Both the position numbers and the translations under genes were made by a program. From contig NMRA01000647.1 of NCBI GenBank assembly GCA_002633005.1, positions 23,711 to 87,710 on the forward strand: a stretch of DNA of 64,000 bases. Direction: 5' to 3'. This stretch comes from Phoronis australis. Taxonomy: Eukaryota; Animalia; Phoronida. Positions within the stretch are counted from its first letter, which is position 1; every line of letters begins with the position of its first letter. The notes under the pieces were generated by a model. The model was not told the origin of the DNA, did no database searches, and saw nothing but the letters and a program-made list of their open reading frames with translations. Positions 25,501 to 37,500 of the stretch are shown here, piece after piece.

Positions 25501-28500
25501 AGTTGATCAAACTACTAAGTCGACCCTAATGGATATGATCATCGTGTAACCGTTCGTATGAACAAAATAACAGATGAACAGCAGATGCAACAATAACCTG
25601 ATTAAACGTGAGTGTGACATCACTTTATAAATTCTGAAAAATTCGAGCTTATCATGTCATGACGTCCGTAAGGAAATGTTAAATTAGCAATCAATAAAAA
25701 TGAAAGCATGTGATCAAGTGGATGATTTACCTGGCCCGGCCACTGGACCCCAAGCGATCATTGCGTAGAAATTGTCTTTAAGGTCGAACACAAGCCTGTC
25801 GAACTTTGGCGGATCGGTGACATGCAAAACTTCCATCTTTTTCGGTCGTCGAAATCGACAGTAGAGAAAACCATCCTCGTACTGAATTTGTACATTTTTC
25901 AGGTCGTCCTGATAGAGTTAAGATTTCTCATGTATAAAATTAGCATTTGACTGGTTCACAAACAAAAAGAGACAAGCTCATATTACACTTATCTGATTTA
26001 ATGACGGCTTCCAAACTTAAAGTGGCAAGAGAAACCCTCCAAATACAAATCACAACTGCTGTCTATTTCACAATCCCCACTATTAAGAGTTCTGTTGAAA
26101 TGTACCTTTATCTATGTGAGACAAAACTGGTGTCTTTCAAACGTGATTCTAAACAGGTGCTGTTTTGCCAAAAGGATCGTAAAAATCATTCCACTGAGAC
26201 AGACATGGTTGATAGAGCTTTCACAAGCAGACCGATGAGAAGGCATGAAAACGGACGTCTGGTCTTCAATTCAACGCTTGCCAGACGTCTGGTTCCTTCT
26301 CGTTGTCCTCCCCCAAATCAAAAGGAATGTTTTCCCTCTTACGTACCATGAAACGCTGGATTTTTATAACTTATCCATAGGCCTGGTTTACTCACAATGA
26401 TGTCATGTGATTTGCAAGAATATTTAGCACTTTGCACATTAATGCTATGCTGATAACTTGTAAGAGGGCAGATTGGACACATTATTTATGAACTGTTAAT
26501 TTATGCTGGTCAGACGTCTTATCACCTTATCGAAAAAAAATTCACATATGAACACGTTTTAGAAGGCTATCTTGTTTGCTAGGTCTGAAACCTGAGACTC
26601 GTTTAAAACACGTACAGCTCTCAACCTGTCGTTGTAATACTTAGGGTTATACCCCTGTTGTACGGAGATTCCCGAGTCGGACACCACACATGTTATCGTT
26701 TCGTCGTCACCCTGAAAAATCAACAAATGATAGTAATCAACAGCAGCCGCAGCAACTGGATGTCGGAAATATGCAGTCAGTCCGTTCGAAATTAGCCCCA
26801 TAAGCATGACTTTCTAGTAGGTGACAAAACTTACAACTACGTTATTGGTGAGGGTTATTTTTCTACAAAATGGGTAGAGTATCCAAACCTTTGCTATATT
26901 TGGAGGCAGCCGGGAAACTGAGAACCCCTACAGAACTGGAAGAAGGCCTGATCTTCACCAATCATTGCCATTTTACCCGGATTGCCACTCGAGACTAAGT
27001 CATGGATACCTAGGTCAAAATACCCACCGAAAACACTTGTCCTTGCTAGCTCAGCTCCGTCCTACATGTAGTTCCGACCAACCTCTGAGATAATGTAGAC
27101 AAGCGCTCTCCCCGGGTCACTACTCACTACTCCTACTACGTTAACACACTTAGTTTCTCATCCCAGGGTTTGATAAAAAGTTTCTACTAACCACTTACCA
27201 TAATAATGTCGTGGGAGAATCCCAACGACAGGTAATTTTCAGCGGGTCCAGCCATTTCGAAGTCGACAAATGTGTCGCGCGCGTCATAGGTGACGATGTA
27301 CCGACATTGGTAACCTGTACAATACTTGGGCCATAGCAGGCATCCTTTTGTCCTGCCGCAGTCGTCCATGACAAGGCGAGGATCGAACACTGGTGACGGC
27401 TGGAGACGAAATATACGTGGGTTAAATGTAAATTCTCGGTAATTCCCGTGGTCGCCTGTTACGATTTCAGTTGAAAGATCGTAGATATGGGAAAAACTCG
27501 CCTTGTCTCTAGCTGCAGCAGTACATCTCTCGGACTGCTGTTATGTTTTTAACTTTGAAAGTGTCAACTTACCGACCCCCTGGTATCACTACTAGTAGTA
27601 ATAGTAAACATTGGAACTGAACACCCAGCCTAGTATTCTGTACACGTACACGCTGTAAATGGATTTTTATAAAGTCACTTATAGATTTTTCGTTAAAATA
27701 TACAAAAACTACACAAAAACAGTATATGAGACGACATCGGTTTTTTCTACATCCAATATTTATGATTTTACAAAATAATAATTGCTGTGAAGGTGGTGTA
27801 TGAATACAAAACTTGTAGTAATTTTCATAACAGGCTTTGGTGTTTTATTGCAAGCATTTCAGTTTCATTCATGCACTTTCGAGAACGTCACGATATTTTC
27901 GTAATAGTGGATATAATAGTTTTACAGCGGTATCACATTGAGCAGTTGCGCAATTTTATTTCTCAGTGTAAATTGGTTAAGCAGACGTCACTGGTGTCAT
28001 CCATTTAAATGAACACCTGTGAGTAGAACAAGAAACAAAATAATGTCAGTCGTTAATAAAGTTGACAACAGTTGTCAAGAGAATCTTAGACATTATTAAC
28101 CTAAATAAGCAATTATGTTTATTCATTATTTATAGTTTTTCATTTGAATGTGTAAACTAAAAATGGTCACTACAATGAATTTAACCAAAGTAAACTAATT
28201 CTCCATTTTCGTACAAGTATTAAAAGAAACNGGACACATTATTTATGAACTGTTAATTTATGCTGGTCAGACGTCTTATCACCTTATCGAAAAAAAATTC
28301 ACATATGAACACGTTTTAGAAGGCTATCTTGTTTGCTAGGTCTGAAACCTGAGACTCGTTTAAAACACGTACAGCTCTCAACCTGTCGTTGTAATACTTA
28401 GGGTTATACCCCTGTTGTACGGAGATTCCCGAGTCGGACACCACACATGTTATCGTTTCGTCGTCACCCTGAAAAATCAACAAATGATAGTAATCAACAG

Positions 28501-31500
28501 CAGCCACAACAACTGGATGTCGGAAATGTGCAGTCAGTCCGTTCGAAATTGGCCCCATAAGCATGACTTTCTAGTAGGTGACAAAACTTACAACTACGTT
28601 ATTGGTGAGGGTTATTTTTCTACAAAATGGGTAGAGTATCCAAACCTTTGCTATATTTGGAGGCAGCCGGGAAACTGAGAACCCCTACAGAACTGGAAGA
28701 AGACCTGATCTTCACCAATCATCGCCATTTTACCCGGATTGCCACTCGAGACTAAGTCATCGATACCTTGGTCAAAATACCCACCGAAAACACTAGTCCT
28801 TGTTAGCTCAGCTCCGTCCTGGTTCCGATCAACCTCTGAGATAATGTAGACAAGTGCTCTCCCCGTGTCACTACTCACTACTCCTACGACGTTAACACAC
28901 TTAGTTTCTCATCCCAGGGCTTGATAAAAAGTTTCTACTAACCACTTACCATGATAATGTCGTGGGAGAATCCCAACGACAGGTAATTTTCAGCGGGTCC
29001 AGCCATTTCGAAGTCGACATAGGTGTCGCGCGCGTCATAGGTGACGATGTACCGACATTGGTAACCTGTACAATACTTGGGCCATAGCAGGCATCCTTTT
29101 GTCCTGCCGCAGTCGTCCATGACAAGGCGAGGATTGAACACTGGTGACGGCTGGAGACGAAATATACGTGGGTTAAATGTAAATTTTCGGTAATTCCCGT
29201 GGTCGCCTGTTACGATTTCAGTTGAAAGATCGTAGACATGAAAAAAACTCGCCTGGTCTCTAGATACAGCAGTACATCTCTCGCACTGCTGTTATGTTTT
29301 TAACTTAGAAAATGTCAACTTACCGACCCCCTGGTATCACTACTAGTAGTAATAGTAAACATTGGAACTGAACACCCAGCCTAGTATTCTGTACACGTAC
29401 ACGCTGTAAATGGATTTTTATAAAGTGCTTATAGACTTTTCGTTAAAATATACAAAAACTACACAAAAAACAGTATGAGACGACATCGGTTTTTTCTACA
29501 TCTAATATTTATGATTTTACAAAATAATAATTGATGTGAAGGTGGTGTATGAATACAAAACTTGTAGTAATGTTCATAACAGGCTTTGGTGTTTTATTAC
29601 AAGCATTTCTGTTTCATTCATGCACTTTCGAGAACGTCACGATATTTTCGTAATAGTGGATATAATAGTTTTACAGCCGAGCTGTATCACATTGAGCAGT
29701 TGCGCAATTTTATGTCTCAGTGTAAATTAGTTGAGCAGACGTCACTGGTGTCATCCATTTAAATGAACACCTGTGAGTAGAACAAGAAACAAAATAATGT
29801 CAGTCGTTAATAAAGTTGACAACAGTTGTCAAGAGCATCTTAGACATTATTAACCTAAATAAGCAATTATGTTTATTCATTATTTATAGTTTTTCATTTG
29901 AATGTGTAAACTAAAAATGGTCACTACAATGAATTTAACCAAAGTAAACTAATTCTCCATTTTCGTACAAGTATTAAAAGAAACACTCTGAACAAGCTTG
30001 CAGTACACTTTATATGCATCCCAAAATGAGACTCAAGCTAGCCAAGGGGACCTTACAGCTTAGATATACCATGTCACAATTTCATAAACTATTCTTTTGT
30101 CATGGTAGAGTGCAATTAACCTCTAAATCCATTTGACAATTTAGGGCGTTTCTTTGCAACCATCATCATTGTGTTTGATCCCAGACTATGTTTTGGAAAA
30201 ACATGGTCAGTCAAACGTTCCACATATGTTTGGTTAACAACTGAATTGAACAGGTAAAACATACATGTACAGTGGAGTCATATGGCCGAAATTTTGTATT
30301 GCTACACTTCCTAGAATCCAATGCAAAGCATGCGCGCACCCAGCCTTTAATGTGGGGTGGCTCGAATTCCCGATGATGTGGACTTTTACCGACAAAAAAA
30401 ATGTATATAGAACTAATAAAAACGGGATACCGCGTTCAGAGCTGTGAATTGTAAGTTTGTGCCATTTTAGTGGACTTTTTGTCTCGTTTTCTCGGACCTC
30501 TTGTTTCTCTGAGGGGACCTTTTTGTCCACTTCGCCAAATGGGGGGGCTCATTCGAAAAATAGACAGTCCCAAGACAGCATCAAAATACACATTAAAGCT
30601 CCGTCATTAGAGAAGAGAAAATAGCTATGCATGTACTCAGGGTACCTATAAATAAATGCTCTTCAATTAAGTTTACTTAACATTAACTGAGTGTTCGATC
30701 ACTAATTGGTAATTCATTTGTGTTTCGCCAGTGCCTGTTCGAAATCATCCATTTGATTTATTTTCTGTAGTAATGGATTGAATACAACGAGAAGTAAATA
30801 TACCTGTGTGTGATTGGAAATATTCCTATAACTGCAGCAACACCCAGTGAATGAATGTGCTTATTTAAGAAAGCAAGTGAAAATTCAAAAAAATAACTCC
30901 AATATTCATTTGGCCAAAGATTAATGACATTTTCAGTTGAAAATTGGGTCTACTGAATATCCATTGACTGTGCTAAAATATATGTGCATCCAACGGTGTG
31001 TGTACATCGTTCCTATTCTTCATCAATTTGTCATGTTCTGTTCTCAGTACACCACTATACTTCTAATTAAATAACTGAAATACAACTACCGTTATTCTGC
31101 ACCCATGTTATTTTAGCATTGTTTGCAATTACCTCTCTGATGAATGTTAGAGTTTTACAATGCATTCAGTTCCTGAAATTTTGATTCAAATTGTGTCTAA
31201 TAAGTTGCTCACCACTATTTCTTGTATAAAAAGTTATGAAGAAACGGAGATTGTTTATTTTATACAAGCTTAGTTGTTAGAACTACAAGCGGTATTTGAT
31301 TTTACTGCCATTTCTTCAAGTCGGACTTTCCCGTGTCCTGATTTGACCTGTAGGCTTTGAAATTTTTCCACTGACGTTGTTCAATTCTTTGTATAAATAA
31401 TAATGCGATTTTGAGTATATGTTTAAACTGGTATTTCGTGTTTTCAGTTGTCTCACTGGTTCAACTATATATATGTAATCCCCGGTGTACGCATTTACCA

Positions 31501-34500
31501 CAGCAAGCTTGGTTATATTCTGTCCTTTTGGTTTACATCCCTTAAACTGTTTATTAAACTGATGCAGTTGGTCAAAAGTAGTTCCGGTGCTTATTGCAGT
31601 TAGGTATTGTTTATGATAAGTGTCTGAAGATTCTGAGACCAGAAGAACAATCGTCACGGATTGAATCTTTGTTGACGGTTTTTTGAAAAATATTGATTAC
31701 GAAACGTTGCGTACAACTATTGGAGTATTGACTTAAAAGCCAAGACAGCGCGACGACGATTACCAATACTTGTACTTTGAGGATGTTGAAAGTCGAAAAA
31801 CGTATTAGGTAAAAGTGATAACAGGTCATCAGATTGTATGCCGTTAAGACTTTTCGATGACCTGTCCAGTGGCAGATCTACGTTTTAGTAAGGGGGGGGT
31901 TAGGATTCGAGCGAATCAGAGGCGCATAGCGCTGAGCGGAAGGAAAGTCGGGAGGGGTTTCCCCCTCCCGTGTAAGATTTATTGTGGTTTTTAGTAGCTG
32001 ATTTCGTTTTTTTGGTGAATTTTTTTCAATTTTTATTTTTGGTCCTGTCCTGAGGGGTGGGGGTTTGAAGCCCCTGAACCCCCTGTAGATCCGCCTCTGC
32101 TGTCATCACACAGAGAGTACCGCACAGACAACTCCCTCTTCACATACAGTACATGTTAATGCTTTCCAGATGACGATCATCAAACGAGAAATCCCTAACA
32201 TCGGAGAAGGTAATAATATTGTTGTGTTGTTAAGACCATTGGTCATAATTCCTTTGTACAGATCAATAATTAGGGTCTTAAACTCTACCAAACGCCTAAC
32301 AGTTCGATTCAAGTCAATCTTATTTTTTCTAATAACTTAGTGTCCCAGTTTGGGTTGTTGGGACGCGTGTCTTGATGTTTCATGCTTACATGTACGTATA
32401 AACATTTTATGTGTTTTTCTCATCCAATTTGAAATTTAATGCCTCGCGAGAATAGCTTCCATTGACAGATTTAAAGGGTTGCAAAGGGGCAACTGTCATG
32501 GGCCCCTAACAAAAGAGGAACCCCTATATGAGGGACACTTAATGGCAATGGGAAACATTACACCGTTTAAGACAGGAAGCGTGTTTAATGATTACGACTT
32601 CAGGGCTTCCCTCTGAGAGTGTTCTCTTAGGCCTATTAGTACAATAAAAGCAAAAAAGAGCGAGCATGGGTGTTTTCAAGTGGAGCCTTTAAATAGGAAA
32701 CGGCGCAACATCGACAAGAAACTGTCATAACGATTCCGCTCCGTCCCAACGTGCAATATGATACAAAATTTCAAGATACAGTACAGAAGAAAGCGAGAGA
32801 GGGCTAGTTGGAAAAGCGGAGTTTATTCTCCGAAATTTGTCTTCAGGAATTTTAAAAACTTCTCAATACTGAATTAGCCACGGAAATCTATACAAATGTC
32901 AAGCTTTGTTGGAATTTTTGGCACCACAGTGTATGCTTAAGTCGTCGTTTTCTTTTCAAGTGCTTGAACTGTAAACATTTAAAAACTGCGCCCCCATGCA
33001 GAACTAATGACAGGAACAGCATATTGCAATAGACAACGAAGTGGTGATTACATTTCCTGCACAACTATCTGACGATGGGTAAGAACACTATGGTGCACGG
33101 ATTTAATCATAAGTGTCTACCAAATGGAATCCAATCATATCTAAACAGGTGTTCTTCCGAAAAAATGGCTTTAACAGGCGATTGATTTGATCTCCAGGTA
33201 AGGAAAATTCTAACGGTGCGATTTCTCTCTGTAGGTTGAGTTTATTATCTTACATGCCATTGCTTTTCACCAGTATACCTCAGTGATACTGTATTCGAAA
33301 CGCAACTAGTGAATTGTTGTTCGCAGTATTCCATTCATAGACATCACAAGATGTCTATGATTCCATTCCTCTCCTGCCTACAAACTAGATGATAAGCGTC
33401 ACCTGTCGTACTAGGCAAAAACTAGCCATGCTATGTTTACGCTAAAGCCTTATTGAAATGCCCTGTTACCTTACTAATATAGTCGTATGATTTAGCTGGT
33501 TCGTTGGCTGTCACGACCTCAGATGACACGTTGATCCAAAATGTCTCATATACTTCTACAATTGAACCCCTGAAAAGCAAATGAAATAGTTATTAAATTA
33601 AGTTGAAAATACACGGTATTTATTTAGCATTAGGTCAAAAACAAACACTAGTTCCTTTTTGATCAGGCGTATGTTTTTCAAAGTTCAAATGAGCTGGCAT
33701 TTCCGTGAAAAGAAATGTCAGGAACACTTTGATTAGTTGCATAGTTATCAGCGCACACTCTAGAAGTATGAATTGTAGTCCAGGGAATCGTATCGCACTG
33801 GTCTGATTTACCCTAAAGCAGCGATAGATATCACTGATCAAAGAACATTTCTAGAACAACGCCCAAAGTTTATGGTTTTCAACGGCTGGTAAAAATCTGA
33901 AAAACTGTTGCCTCAAGCCTGAAAAATAAATCAAGAGTGCAGAATTTTATGAAAATCGGCCAATGTGTACTGAAGAGAAAGCGATGGCCACATGTTACTA
34001 AAAGCGTGGAAAAGAGGCCCCAAAATGGCCTATAAAATTTTCCAGTGCATTGCAACTGTCATCACAACTAGCATATTCTGTCTATGAATAGCGCTTTTAA
34101 AGACATTTTGAGCAATCAAAAATATAAGAATAATTTCAGGCAGTCTGGTACACGTTGTGCCAAACGTGCGTATGCCGCTCAATTAAGTCCGTTTAACTGA
34201 TATCTCAGGTAGCAATCAAAAGTAATGATATGATCTTATACATTATGTGATATATTTAATTTTTGGAGAACGCCCACAGAGGTTGAAAATTACGTTAATT
34301 ATTAAGATGATCTATGAATACAGAAAAACATGTAATGTTCTTAAATTTCGTATGGATACATTATGATTCTTAACGGCAGAAACAAACAGACAGTAAGGCC
34401 TTAAATTAAATCAGTTCTTGGCCACAGTAAGATTAAAAACCGGACGATCGCCGCACAAATGAAGAAGTTCATGATAAATCAACGTTTCGTCTATTCGTTA

Positions 34501-37500
34501 GACATCATCAGGATATTTGCATAGGACAACAAGTGCCAACATACATCTCAGGTGACATCTATGAAGTGAGGTGAGAGATACAGAGTTGTCAGTAGCTGAT
34601 CATCACCATAGTTGCAGGGTCATTGAGCTCTGCATGTTGTTCAGAGAATCAGTAGCATGCTGGTTCTGAATGGCCAGTGATTTTCACTTCACTTCATGGA
34701 TGTCACCTGACATGTATGCTTGTTGGCACTTGTTGTCCTATGTAAATATCCTGATGATACCTACCTTCTTCATTTGTGCGGCGATCGTCCGGTTTTTAAG
34801 GCCTTAAATGTTTACCAAAACACGACGTCACCCACTGAGACATCCGGGGCCTGCCATTCCGCCACTAGTTTCGCCTTTCCTTTTTCACCGTCTTTGTGAG
34901 TTAGACAGTTCTGACGAAAAATATGGGATATTTGGTTGAGGTCAAAGCCAATGAGGGCCAGAGATCTATTCTCTGTACAAGAAACAACACTAAAAATGAT
35001 CAATTGCAAGCCATGCACTGAGAGGACATACACATCTGTAGGAGAATCTAATCATGCGGTAACGATTGGTTTCGAGACTAACTCAGAGTCGAGCTTGATT
35101 TCGGAAATTAGATCCAGGGTGCAAATGTATACAACTTTGAATACATGACAGATGTACTGGAGACTTATCAAAAGCATTTCAGGGGATAACAAAACACCCA
35201 GTGCCGTCCATCGATGAGTGTATACATGTACTGAAAATTTTGATTGCGTCAGTATATTTCTTCATTTGAGGCGTGTTCCGTAGACACGTGACACTAGCAG
35301 CGGCATCACGTGCTTCATTAGTAATGATTGGTAATTTCTCGCGAACACTTGCGTTTGGCGAAAGTCATGCGTCTACGTAAGTCGGCCACGCGTGAATGTT
35401 CGTCTTTATTGTAGTTGAATTAGGATAATCACGCAATGGATGACCTAAACGTTTGTATATGATGCCTTCGAAAAATGACAAATTTAGTCATAATCGGAAC
35501 ACATCTCAGAAATTGTTGTTCGGATTCATATGAAACAAAAGTGAGACGTTTGTGATTTCCCTGAACACACGCAAAATTTGCATTAAACGAAAATCCGAGA
35601 TTATATTTTGAACATTTATAATAAGCAAAATGTGGTTACGTGGTCAATATGGCAGTTTTGCTATCAATGGATTTTTGTTTTGTTTATTTCTACTAAATTG
35701 ACACGGTCAGGGGATCCAATTAATAGCAGACAAATAAAAAGTCAAAATATGGTCCAAAGGCTTTCAACCGTTTCAGAAATTTTACAAAGTACAAATCTAT
35801 ACTTTTGTGGAAATTTGGCTAAATACACGGAGTTTTCTGTAGTGTCTTACATTACATAAAAGTCGCCGTAATCAACTGTGGTCAGGGCTCTGTTTCATGA
35901 AAGTGACTTAAGGAGACAGAAGTTTGGTCGTGCGCTACCACTTTACAGTTGTTGAATTAAGGTTGAGACAAGAGTATCAATTTTTTAAATGAATTTATAT
36001 AAATTTTCTCAGCTACCAGTTGTGTATGTACTTTTTAGATACGTCACACGTTTGTTCATGTCCGATTTTGCTGTTTTTCGAAAATTGTAATGTAGCGCGA
36101 AAGAACAAATTTCTGTCTTAAGCCTTACGTCACTTTTCGTGAAACAGACCTCTAGTATGAAAACATCAATTGGCTTCACAAGAGTACAACTTCCAAAGCT
36201 ATGTCGCCTCCGTGTTCTTTTGTCTGAATTAAGATCGTACTGAAGCTAACCCGCCGAGACAATCAATAGCGACCTGTCTCTTCCTAAGCAGGTACCATTT
36301 TCAATGTGTTCACAGAACCAGAGTTTACACCTGTATGGCTAAGTAAGAAAACATGAGATCGATTTTGCAGACTAAATTAATTTTTGTAGGCGTAGGTTTA
36401 TTTCCCTTTTTCATATGAANAACGCCATTTTCACTGTTCTTTTGTCCACCTCAATTTCTTTTCCAAAAAGCTTTCGTCACGGTCGTGTTAGCGTACTCGT
36501 GTGGAGTAAAAGTTTATGAAAACGCCAAGAAAATTGCGTTTTCGGTTATATTGGCGCACTCGTGTGCAAAGGAGAAGTGACCGATATAAAAACGATATGT
36601 GTAGATTAAATATTTTTGAAAAGGCAAAGAAAAAGGTTGTGCTATTTAATTATGAAAACGCTTTACTATGGACAGAGCGTCTGCGAAATTTGACCCTGGG
36701 CTCACGGTACATTTACTTCATATAACTGCCGCTTGGTGGAAGGTTTGTATTCTTACAGTAAATCACACATTACATGCATAAGGGATCGTGCAACACAGCA
36801 TCACGGACCACATAGATGTACATGTAACACTGAATACCGCGGACCCGGCAGCAAGTGATAGCATGGGCAAAAAGATTTTGATCACTGATATGCAGTGCAC
36901 TTTTCTAAACCACCATTCTGCAAACATGTGCCAAAGACATCATGACTGGCATGCTTGATATTTCGTCAAGCGATACATACCTGTACATGGACGGCGCAGC
37001 ACTGAAAAAAGTGGGGCTGTAGCCCAGAGCCCCCCTCTGGCGAACGGTCCATAGACCATGGGTGGCGTAGCTCTGAAAAAATGGGGGGTTTAGCCCCCCA
37101 CCCCCTCCCCAGTCCCCTATGTTGCGCCGTTCATGATGTAGAAATGGTTATGACAAGTACATGTACAACGTGTACGTAGCAGTCCCAGATTACGTCATGG
37201 TCCCCGTCCATGGTAATGGACCTATTTGACTGCAGTTTGTCATGTGCACTGCGGCGAATAAAAAGACATTTAACTAACACATTCTAAGAACAGTCACGGA
37301 TTATTGGAATTCCTACCGTTTTTCCAACAACGAATGGCCAAGAAAATTCTTTGGCGAAGTCCGGCGCTTGTGTAAATGTCCCTGCTATGATTTCGGGATC
37401 ACCTAGGACGGGTTTTGCTGTCAGTGTAAAGCCCCTAAACATCCTGCCGGACGAAGATTCGATAGTCACTAAAGAAAACGAACAAAATGATTATCAGCGT

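Larger units (their letters stand above)
26475..29984. repeat. Near-identical ~1.75-kb duplication around n at 28231 (probable uncollapsed haplotypes)
   Basis: 26475-28230 vs 28232-29984; includes FRRS1-like exons 6-7. Confidence 0.9.

Noticed and set aside
24468-25700. Recent tandem duplication in an intron
   Set aside because: Junction is an n gap; most likely contig-end overlap of two alleles
30804-30831. Candidate 28-nt FRRS1 micro-exon (cag|..|gtat)
   Set aside because: Exon 5 joins exon 6 in frame without it; inclusion alone shifts the frame
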